Below, one piece after another: positions 53,772-64,000 of a stretch of DNA of 64,000 nt (the first letter of the stretch is position 1; each line of letters begins with the position of its first letter). The notes under the pieces were generated by a model. That model saw nothing but the letters and a program-made list of their open reading frames with translations. It made no database searches and was not told where the DNA came from. The DNA is from Octopus sinensis (taxonomy: Eukaryota), in contig NC_042998.1 in assembly GCF_006345805.1 (NCBI RefSeq), positions 165,044,001 through 165,108,000 of the forward strand. Direction: 5' to 3'. The translations under genes were made by a program, and so were the position numbers.

Positions 53772-54028
53772 AACACACAAACACACACACACACAAACAC
53801 ACGCACATATAAAGATACACACGCACAATGTGTGCATGCGTGCGTGTGTGCGTGTGCGTGTCTGTGTGTAGGCGCAGGCGTGGCTGTGTAGTAAGAAGCT
53901 TAATTGCCACCCAATTAATTTCAGATTCAGTGCTTCGCACAATAGGCAGTTGTCTTCTACTGTACTCTCGGACCGACCGAAGCCTTGTCAGTAGATTTGG
54001 ATGATGGAAACTAAAAGAAGCCCTTCGT

Positions 54029-54070
<42 letters not shown>

Positions 54071-54460
54071 ATATGTAAGGGTATGTGGATGATTGTGCCT
54101 CGATCTGTCGATCACTACCGTTTGGCAAAATGTGTTGGTGTGTTTACATAAAAAGATGTGATAAATACCAGGATTTTACAAATGTACTGGGGTTGGCTCA
54201 TTCGACTATAAACTCCTAAAGGCGGTGCACCAGAATGGCCGCTGTCTGCTGATTGAAACTAGTTAAAAAGATATATATATATATATATCCCGTTCGTGGA
54301 GTCACAATGGCCCAGCGGTTAGGGTAGCGGACCCTCGGTCATATGATCGTGGTATTGATTCCCAGACCGGACTTTGTGGGTGTTTAAAACACTTAAAGCT
54401 TCACGGAGCTCCGACAGGGGGTGGCGGCGAACCCTGCTGTACTCTTTCTCCCCACTTGGA
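53040..54460. mobile_element. SINE cluster: family B (-) 53040-53215, family B (+) 53868-54270, family D head (+) 54295-54460
   Basis: Family motifs as above. Confidence 0.75.
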
Positions 54461-54799
54461 ACATACATTGCTTATGTTTCAGGGATGGTATTACACTCTT
54501 AAAATTTTTCACATAATGAGTAACGGTACCCTTGGGGGCAGAAAACATGCATTCCTGGGATATGTGGAGAAGGGAGGTGAGTCTTTGCGAAGTAACTATC
54601 AGAAATTGATTGTCTCCCTTACATCCATTGGTCATAAAAAATTGCTTTTTATATTAGCTTCACGTCTTTGAAAGATTTTAAAATATTTACTTCCGGTATT
54701 CTAGCGTCAGTGACATCTATATCTCTCTATCACTCTCTCTCTCTGTATATATATATATCACTATATCTGTCTACCTCTCTGTATCTATCTGCCTCTATC

Positions 54800-54863
<64 letters not shown>

Positions 54864-54899
54864 GTCTATCTTATTTTTCTAACTAGCTAACTATCTCTC

Positions 54900-56150
54900 T
54901 CCCCTCTCTCTATATCTCACTCACTATTGTTTTCACTTTCATTTTTCAGACACTGTTGTTTTCACTTTATGTTCAATTGCTATTGTTTTTAATATAAGTT
55001 TTCAATCGCTTTTTATAAACAACAACAACAAATTACTGACATAAAGAAGTTCACAATTTCTGATGAAAGTAATTTCATACATGATTTACTGACATAAGTA
55101 ACTTCACAAGTTTCACTTCAATCCGTACACATCGTTAAATTTACCTACAAACTTCTTATTTACTTTTGCAACGCTTTGTGTTTTTTTTTGTTGTTTTTTT
55201 TTTGTTGACGGAATTACTGATAAAAGTAAGTTCATAATTTACTGACAGAAATAACTTCAAAAATTTCACTTACCCAGTTATTTTCATTGTTTACTATCCT
55301 CTGCACCCGTGTATTTCTGTATACGTATATAACAATACCTAGAAGGAAAGTGTCAAATTTGTCTACAATGTCAAGATCAGCCAAAAGAATGTCTCTCTCC
55401 TGGGAAAGAGAGACAGCTGCAGAAAGGGAAGCATACCAAGAAAGGAACAAACTGTGCACTACAAAAGCCAAAGCATCACAAAGTGAAGAACAGAAGTGAA
55501 GAACGGCTGACAAGGAATAGGTATCTCCACTGCAGAACGAGGAGTAGTTGCAACAGCTCAGAGAAGCAACTTCTATGAAGTAGCTTTCAATTATGATCCA
55601 GCAGTTCATTATGCAGATGACAGTTCCGATGGGTGCAATGATAACTGAGTGCATATATTGTAAAGCAAGGAAGTGGCCTGGAGAGAGACTTGCACTTTGC
55701 AGCAGTGGTGGAAATGTTAAAATCGCTGCAATTCCCTAAACTTCAGAGTCATTGATGAAACTGTTGACATCAACTGATCAAGATTCCAAGCACTTGCAAA
55801 ACAAAATTAGACAATACAGCGCTGCACTACTGATGGCATCGTTTGGAGCCACAAGAGATTTTATTAAGCCAGGATTCATGCACACTTTCAAGATCCAAGG
55901 TCAGATTAATTAACGGATTGGCTCTCTACTGCTTCAGCCAAATGAATCACCAAAATGGGCCTTTCATTGTTTATAATTTCTACCTGATTTTTGGTTACGA
56001 AATAACGTACAGGAAACTTGTTTTTGAATTAAGTGCATTTATTTGATGTACATATATGAGTTGAAAACTTTCTTTTCACTTAATATCTATGTTCCATGCT
56101 GGGATGGATTGGAGAGTTCTTACTGTAGAAAGCTGGTATCTCAGCCACTA
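54900..56150 (+). mobile_element. Helitron deletion derivative with RepHel N-terminal pseudogene (55368-55975)
   Basis: With frameshifts it reads AFNYDPAVHYADD...CIYCKARKWPGE...LCSSGGNVK...KHLQNKIRQYSAALLMASFGA...GFMHTFKIQGQIN*RIGSLL..PNESPKW. Subterminal TTTACTGACATAA repeats are present; the 3' end is degenerate. Confidence 0.85.
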
Positions 56151-56215
56151 GCAGTTCAGATCCACATAATCTAGATGGCATTTTAAAATTTCATTATTTC
56201 CGTTAACCCTATATA

Positions 56216-56234
<19 letters not shown>

Positions 56235-56254
<20 letters not shown>

Positions 56255-56415
56255 GCAGGAGTGGCTGTGTGGTAAGAAGCTTGCTTCCCAACCACATGGT
56301 TTCGAGTTCAGTCTCAGAGCGTTGCACCTTGGGCAGGTGTCTTCTACGATATCCACGGACTGACAAAACCTTGTGAGTGGATCTGGTAGATGGAAACTGA
56401 AAGACGCCGTCGTAT
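56235..56415 (+). mobile_element. SINE family B 5' half
   Basis: GGAGTGGCTGTGTGGTAAG...ACCTTGGGCAGGTG. Confidence 0.9.
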
Positions 56416-56420
56416 ATATA

Positions 56421-56600
56421 TTGGAACTTCCAACGCATGTCGTTTTCAAATTTCTGGTAGAGTGAATTGCGTCATAGTGTTGTTTTTATCACAGACGGTG
56501 CCCAACTGACCCTAGTATACTGTATAGCAGCAAACTCAGAAACAAAGCGCACGTGCGAAATAAAAAATATAAAATGGCCACAATTTACCCATCGCATCCT
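56421..56600 (-). mobile_element. 5' end of maT-like (DD37D) Tc1/mariner element
   Basis: Homologous to 58749-58927. Confidence 0.65.
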
Positions 56601-56693
56601 CTATACATACATATATATACATACACATATATATGTATATAAATGTGTGTGTATATATGTGTTTGTGTGTTTGTGTGTGCGTATATATATATA

Positions 56694-57125
56694 TAATTGT
56701 AATCTGAATAAACATTTTAGAACAACGCTTCAACTGTAATAATACTAGTAGAGGTGATATTGGATTTAAAAAGTGACGCTATCACTTTCAGCTGAATACC
56801 AACTGCGTTCGCTTGTTTGAATTGGTTCACTTTGAAATGTCGTTAGTGATGGACCCTTGTTGTTGAGTGGAGATTTAATCACACCAAAAACTATTTTATC
56901 AAATAGTTTACTACAGCATATATAACAATGACCAATATATGCTCTTACTGCAGCAACTGCACATTGCACTGTATGCAATTATGCATCCTTGTCACTACAA
57001 TTTAAACGAGTGGCCTCTGTTGGTATTCAGTTGAAAGTGCTAAAGTCACTTTTTAGATCCAATATCACCTCTACTGGTACTACAGTTGAAGCGTTGTTTT
57101 AAAATGTTTATTCAGATTACAATTA
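56694..57125. mobile_element. MITE with ~110-bp TIRs
   Basis: 56694-56803 and 57019-57125 are reverse complements (TAATTGTAATCTGAATAAACATTTTA...). Confidence 0.85.
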
Positions 57126-57142
57126 ATTGTAGTACTCGTGAC

Positions 57143-57179
<37 letters not shown>

Positions 57180-57192
57180 ATAATATATATAC

Positions 57193-57251
<59 letters not shown>

Positions 57252-57459
57252 CATACATACAAATAAATATATATATGTATATAAATGTATATATAAATAT
57301 ATATACATACACAGACATATATACATATAAATATGGATATATATATATCTATATATATATTTATACATATATTTATACACACACGCACATAACACACACA
57401 CACACATAACATACACACACATATATGTATATATATTTTTTTCTCTCTCCTTTTTTTCT

Positions 57460-57620
57460 CTCATTGTTTCTCTTCTTGTTTTTTCTGTGTCCCTTTCTGT
57501 AGAAGAGCGTAGGCTCGAAACGTAAAATACTTTTTTGTATTCCTGAGCGTTATACTAATACATCTGTTTGTTTTGTACATCACTTGTCTTCGTCTTTTGT
57601 TTTTTTCGTAAACTCTCCCT
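57460..57620 (+). mobile_element. Short repeat with hammerhead-like motif (57494-57527)
   Basis: TTT-CTGTAGA-A-GAGC(GTAG)GCTC-GAAA-CGT-A-AAA; related to 52022-52240 and 51130-51300. Confidence 0.55.
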
Positions 57621-57654
57621 ATATATATATATATATATATAAATATATATTGAA

Positions 57655-58564
57655 AATGTCAAGCTGCCATACAAACTGAAGGAGAGAATAATATGCCCTA
57701 AAGGAGGAAGCAGAGTAGATGTAAAAAATTACAGGCCTATCTCTCTGACTTCACACATCAGCAAATCCATAGAACGAATAGTCAGAGGGAAACTAATTGC
57801 ATTCTTTGAAGAAAAGGACTTGCTGAGTGATACCCAGCATGATTTTCGACCAGTTAGGAGCTGCCTACAGCACTATGACTGGGTATTGAAATAGTTACTT
57901 GACAACAGAAATGTGGACGTAATATACCTTGCCTTTGCAATAGCTTTTGATAAAGTTGATCATGGTATGATATGCCACAAACTGCGCGATTTTTGCATAG
58001 TAGGAAAACTTGGAGAGTGGTTACATAACTTTGTGAAAGATAGAAGTCAGGCAGTGGTGGCCAATGGAGCCACCTCAAAGGAAACATAAATAGTGAGTGG
58101 TCTTCCACAGGGCACTGTCTTAGGACCACTGCTTTTAACAGTGGCCCTCTCAGATATGCCTTCAGCTGCCCGGATAGCCACCCTTGCTGGCTATGCAAAC
58201 GATACGAAAGCCTCACAGAATATACAAAACCCTAGCGATATTGCACACCTGTAGCAGGAGCTGGACGGAATTTACAGATAGGCTGAAGAGAATAATATGC
58301 AGTTTAATGCTGGAAAATTCCAAGCTCCGCACTACCAGAGGCAAAAGTGAACGAAAAACTTACAGGGTACATGGGCCCAGGGGATGTTACAACTCCAGAA
58401 CCTAAATCAGTGCGTGACCTAGGTATCTACATGAATGATGATACCTCTTTCCAAGTGCATATTGCCTAGATGGTGACAAAGTGTAGACGGCTGGCTGGCT
58501 GGATCCTGAGAACATTCAGAACCAGAGAGAAGGAAACCATGATGGTCCTCCGGAGGACATTCGG
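57655..58564 (+). mobile_element. CR1-clade LINE RT fragment, pseudogenised
   Basis: KGGSRVDVKNYRPISLTSHISKSIERIV...QHDFRPVRSCL...YLAFAIAFDKVDHG...SGLPQGTVLGPLL...YANDTK...NNMQFNAGKF. Confidence 0.92.
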
Positions 58565-58927
58565 GTGACTTTTATATCCAATGAGTCAACGTTTTTCACG
58601 TGCATCCTGCAGGCATAACTTCGCCATCATTAGTGATCTCTCCAAACACCATGATCTTGATTGGTTGTTTGATTTTTATCACTCTCGGTAAATATCCTCA
58701 CATTGCATTGTCCTCAGCTTAATACTCAAACTCTCTGAAATGTTCGTATTGGAACTTCCGACGCATGTCATTTTCAAATTTCTGGCAAAGTGAATTGCGT
58801 CATGGTGTTATTCTCACAGACGGTGCCCAACTGACCCTAGTATACTGTGTTGTCGCAAACTCATAAACAATGCGAACGCGCGAAATAAATAAATATAAAA
58901 TGTCTACAATTTACTCAGCGCATCCTG
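58565..58927 (-). mobile_element. maT-like (DD37D) Tc1/mariner deletion derivative
   Basis: End CAGGATGCGCTGAGTAAATTG, start MTQFTLPEI, and PIKIMVFGEITNDGEVMP, similar to the remembered HPVHIMVFGVxTSDGDVMP motif. Confidence 0.7.
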
Positions 58928-58985
58928 TTTTCATACATACATACATACATACATACATACATACATAGATACATGCATGCATGCA

Positions 58986-59032
<47 letters not shown>

Positions 59033-59045
59033 TATATATAGTTGT

Positions 59046-59103
<58 letters not shown>

Positions 59104-59633
59104 CTAATGAAGGATAAAATTTTTTTCGGGAAAAAATTTTATCAATGGCCAGCATATCAAAAAATACCTTTAAAGGTTAAATTTATAAATAATTTACAAA
59201 ATTAGGGCGAAAGAAAAATTCTAATGCCATATACACACACACATATATATATATATGTATATATACATATATATATGTATATAAACATATATATATATGT
59301 GTGTGTGCATGTATAAAGTCATAACGTATGGATTCAAGTAATCCGGCAGTATTCATAATATGACTCCTTAGTTTGTCATAGCATACACCATATAGAGTGT
59401 ATGGGAATATACATGCATACCTACATGCATACTTACATACATTTATGTATGTATCTATATATGTATATACATATGTGTGTATGTATGTATAAACATTTTA
59501 GCTACTGGCGACGGAAGCAGCGCTTGTAAAGAATATTCATTTGTACATCCGACTTAATTTAGATGCGTTGTTTTGAACACGAAAAGCTTCGTTAACCGTC
59601 TTGAGAAATCATTTCGTATGGACGGATTTTCGA

Positions 59634-59676
<43 letters not shown>

Positions 59677-59744
59677 TGTGTTTGCGTGTGTGTGTGTGTG
59701 TGTGCGTGTGTGTGCGTATGTGTGTATGTGTGTGTGTATGCATT

Positions 59745-59930
59745 AATTGAAAAAAGCCTGCAACAATCCTATGTGAAGGAGAGAGAGAGAGCAGACAAAG
59801 AAGCCTGGGTTATAAAAAACATCAAGTCAAACCAAAAGGTCTTCTTTCATCATGCCAAAGGAACAACCTCAGTATGCTGCAAAATAGGACTCCTCTTCCA
59901 GAAGGATGGCTCTCTTACCGAACTAATGAA
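59745..59930 (+). mobile_element. CR1-clade LINE EN-RT linker fragment
   Basis: IKNIKSNQKVFFHHAK...KIGLLFQKDGSLT. Confidence 0.6.
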
Positions 59931-60754
59931 TCTAACAAGAGTTTGTGGCTCTTGTTTCTACCAACAGTAAACGAGTTATAAACTGAGTTGTGCTGATATC
60001 TGCCAACCGATAATAAATCATCTGAACTGCGAGAATCGAATTGCTGACTTTCATATATAGTCTTAATACGTTCCGGGTGATTCGAACTTGAATATGCTAA
60101 TCGTTGTTGTATTTGAATATTGGAGAAAATTTCTCCTATGATGAAATGTGTTCATATTGTGTTCATAACATGTTCAATTCATTAGAATAAGAGAACTCTG
60201 GGACATTTTGTGCTTTGACTCATCAGGAGTATCTTTCTTTGACGAGAGAGAAAATGATATCGAAACACGAGGGAAACCAAAGTATACCAATGAATCGAAT
60301 GTCCTATAAACACACATTCGTCTTAAGGAAATCATTCTTTTATGATGAAATACGACAGCAATTTTGATACTCGCAGTCGACCGTGTAATTGCTAATTAAT
60401 CATCTTATAAATGATAATTTGAAATAAAACTAGACTAGTATGTGATTTGAACTTCATTACTTGTTTACATAGATATGATTGCTGTGTTTAGCCGATCGAG
60501 AATCCAGTATCAAAAATATGGATTTGATTAATTTTAATTATTTCCCTAGTTTACAACTTTTCGTCTCATAAATTTTTAATATTTATTTCCATATTTATTT
60601 ATGTAGATGCTATCAATTTTAAATGTAATTTCGGAAATAATGCAAATATAAGCAACTTCATTTAGAATATTTTAGATGAATGTCCATTATCAACCACTAT
60701 TAAAAATGCTTTTTTGTATTAAATATGCTATCGATATTATTTATTTCACGAATA

Positions 60755-60935
60755 CCGGGAGCTGGCAGAATAATTAGTACAACGGACAAAATGCTTACGA
60801 GCATTTCGTCCATTTTTACGTTCTGTGTTCAAATTCCGCCAAGGTCGACTTAGCCTTTCGTTCTTCTGATTTCGATAAAATGACTAGACATCAAGCAATG
60901 GGATTGAGGAAATCAACTATTCCCTCCCCCACTAA
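60755..60935 (+). mobile_element. SINE family A
   Basis: Family A motifs. Confidence 0.8.
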
Positions 60936-60936
60936 A

Positions 60937-60981
<45 letters not shown>

Positions 60982-61971
60982 TCTTCTTTCAATTTTGTTT
61001 CCATTGCCTACCAAGTGTCTTCCCGACACCTTGAGCAATAAAACCTTGGTACATAGATTGGTAGGCCATTAAAATAAACACACCAGATTGTTCATTTATA
61101 AAGTCAATATATGTCATAGAAAAAAAAAGGAAAAAAGAAAGAAAACGGAAGAAATGAAAAATGAAAATAAAAAATACCAAAATATGAAATGAAAAATGAA
61201 AATAAAAAATACCAAAATATGAAATGAAAAAGAAAATAATGAAAAATGGGTGAGAGTGTGCTTGGTACGTGTGTTTGACAGACCGTAAATAAAAAGAAGA
61301 AAATGAAAAAAAGCGTCGTCTGAAACTTGATAAATATCTGAATTGACCAGTTAAAAGCCCTTTATTTTGGAAAGGTTTTAAATTTTGTTATTGTTACTTA
61401 TGTACAGTTCTTTTTATGTGGATGACAAGCTCAAGTTTAAGAGAACTAGATGGACTTGGTTTTGTAAAAATCAAAATTTTCTGAAAATGATATTGTTAAA
61501 TGCATTACAAAACTCAACAGACAATATATTTTACACAGAACTACTTGCGAAGTATATGTATGCGCTATATTATGAAATGTAAAGGGATAAAGCTTTATAC
61601 ATGGTGCCATCCTCAAGCTGTCCCCATTTTATAGATGCAAACAGAGCAATTCTGAAATCTGAAATATTTCGGGTTCCAAAGAATTTCGAACTGAGTACAA
61701 ACACACGCACACACACACACACATACACACACACACATACACACACACACAAACACACACACACGCGCGCGTATGTATTTATATACATGAGGGTATGTAT
61801 GTGTATGATCAGGTATGTGAAAATAATTGTATTGCTGTGTGTGACTGATATGTGAAAAATGTCAACATCTATCTAATTAGTGCTTTTCTCTCTCTCTCCA
61901 CCCTATATACACGTATTCACGCGCACCCATATATACATACATACATACATACACACTCACGCACACACACA

Positions 61972-62028
<57 letters not shown>

Positions 62029-62639
62029 CATGATACATACTTCCTCACATGCATAGATACACACATCCATACAAATATATATATACGTGTACATGCTTGT
62101 GTGTGTGTGTGTGTGTGATGTGATATTTTATAATCATTACAATTATGGGTTGCACCTTCTCAAGTGACGGCACATAAAATTCAAAGAGAAGTAAAAAGGA
62201 AATCTCATACACACATAACACATAATAAAAACATACCAAAAAGCAAGGATTAAAAGTCAACAAGAATTTGAACTTGAGACATGTTCAAAAGAGGGGTGAG
62301 GGTGTGATAAAGAAATACAAACATTGATTCTTATTACTTTAGCAGATTTTTGTCTTTTCGAAGTAACTTTGTCAAACCCAAAACAAACACATGCCCGAAT
62401 CACATTTGTTGTTTCGGAGTAAGTAGGATGCATTGCAAGCTGTTGTACTAATTTTTATTCAACTAAACTGATGAGTTAAGCGTTATAAAACGTGATGTGT
62501 GTACCAATAATAATAATAATAATACTGGGTCATGATATTTTGCCATCTTGTGTGAGTGTGCTTATGTCTAGTGAAATTCAGTGTATATAAACCCTCCTTA
62601 ACTCTCACCAAGCGATATTCATGAAATAATGATAATAAT

Positions 62640-62875
62640 ACTTTCTACTACAGCCACAAGGCCTCAGAAAATTTTGCTGGTGTGTGTGTGTGGGGGGGTT
62701 CGGTCGGGAATCGATTACATCGACTCCAGTACTCAACAGGTACTTATTTTATCGAACCCGAATAGATAAAAAACCAAAGTCAACCTCGACGGAATTTGAA
62801 CTCAGAACGTAAAGACGGACGAAATGCTGCTAAGCATTTTGCCCGGCACGGTAACGGCTCTTCCAGCTCGCCGCC

Positions 62876-62878
<3 letters not shown>
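62640..62878 (-). mobile_element. SINE family A followed by (AAT)n 62878-62960
   Basis: Family A motifs. Confidence 0.88.
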
Positions 62879-62942
<64 letters not shown>

Positions 62943-62980
62943 CAACAACAATGATAATAACTTATTCCTTTATTGTCCAC

Positions 62981-64000
62981 ACATGACAACCTAGGGAGAG
63001 AAATCCACGGGGAGCTATGTAGAAAGCTAGCATTTGAACATTCTCATAAATGGTATGAACATGAACCTAGTAAAGTACTAGAAAGTAAGAAATATAAGAT
63101 GTTGTGGGACTTCAACATTCAGACTGAGAGAGACATAGAAACAAACACAGAAAAAGCTAAGCGTATGAAAAACCGTGCTAAAACTGCTGCCTTAGTTAAT
63201 CTTACTGATAAATGGCAAGAAAAACCCCTCAATGGCAAATACCCAAAGAGAGCTAGCAATAGTTGTTGACAAAGTCCTTACCCATCAGTGGTTAATGTCA
63301 TATGGATTATAATCAGAGACAGAAAGGTTTATCATAGCAGCCCAAGATCAAAGCCTACCTACAAGGAGCTACCAGGCCAATATATTAAAGAACATATTAA
63401 AGTAGCCCAACATGTGGTGTATGTCAACAACAAAATGAAACCATCGATCATGTCTCCATGTGCAGTCTTCTTGCGCCTACAGAGTATCTCGACAGGCATG
63501 ATAGAGCAGCATAGTATATTCACTGAGTAATTAGCAAAACTTGGACCTGCCCCATGATAAAAACTGATGGAAGCACAAACCACCTCTCGTGCTTGAAAAC
63601 GACTACATCTTACTCGTCTGGAACTTCACCGTTCAAACTGACAGAAAGATAACTGCGTATAGCCCAGACACTATATGACTGTCCCAATCGACATAAATGT
63701 ATCTGACAAGACCTACCAAAAAGCTGAGCACGTATAAAGACCTTGAAATAGAAATTGCTAAAATGTGGAACCTCAAGACTAAAACAATAAATGTTGTCAT
63801 AGGCGCCCTAGCAATGACAGCAAAAGGGGATGATTGCTACATAGCTCTGATACCAGGAAATACAAAAATGGCAGAATTTCAAAAAATAGTGCTCGTGGGA
63901 ACTGCCCATATCCTACGTATAATACTTTCTATGTAATCCCAAATTTTAAAATAAACATAATTTTGTTGTTTTCTTAAACATTCTCTAGAACAATACTTTG
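62981..64000 (+). mobile_element. R4/Dong-clade LINE 3' portion (restriction-like endonuclease), decayed; probably continues past the window
   Basis: HDNL...WYEHEP..VLE....LWDFNIQT; KWQEKPLNGKY; HQWL..GL*SETEGFIIAAQDQSL; CGVC...ETIDH; YKDLEIEIAKMWNLKTKTINVVIGAL...QKIVLVGTAHILR. Confidence 0.85.

Noticed and set aside
60205-60232. CTGATGAG hammerhead core on the minus strand (also CTGATGAG at ~5820 and CTGATGAAGGG at ~5092)
   Set aside because: No properly placed GAAA or closing stems.
60989-61180. QGVGKT as a Walker A motif
   Set aside because: Spacing does not fit GxxxxGKT, and the ORF begins in low-complexity sequence.

Overview
Eukaryotic, AT-rich, microsatellite-saturated intergenic/intronic DNA, most likely from an octopus (inferred from the tRNA-derived SINE families and the repeat landscape, not from a search). 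No intact protein-coding gene is evident, and nearly all ORFs in the supplied track are microsatellite read-throughs. The window is a transposon graveyard. It holds about 30 SINE copies from 3-4 families and decayed LINEs (HERO-like, Tx1, CR1, R4/Dong, and an RTE-derived mini-element). It also holds at least five Penelope-like element (PLE) remnants, mariner DD34D and maT-like fragments, a piggyBac remnant, two Helitron derivatives, and MITE/foldback elements. The most interesting signals are RNA-structural. (i) A type I hammerhead ribozyme can be rebuilt from the two inverted pseudo-LTRs of one PLE. (ii) A family of ~200-bp non-coding hammerhead-bearing repeats is present. (iii) An RTE mini-element has a highly structured 5' leader. 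Also present are a candidate minus-strand terminal exon (24.4-24.6 kb), a ~470-bp local inverted duplication, a 5x116-bp array at a piggyBac deletion junction and a ~1-kb tandem duplication. Family assignments rest on hand translation and remembered motifs. Most boundaries are approximate (about +/-20 bp).
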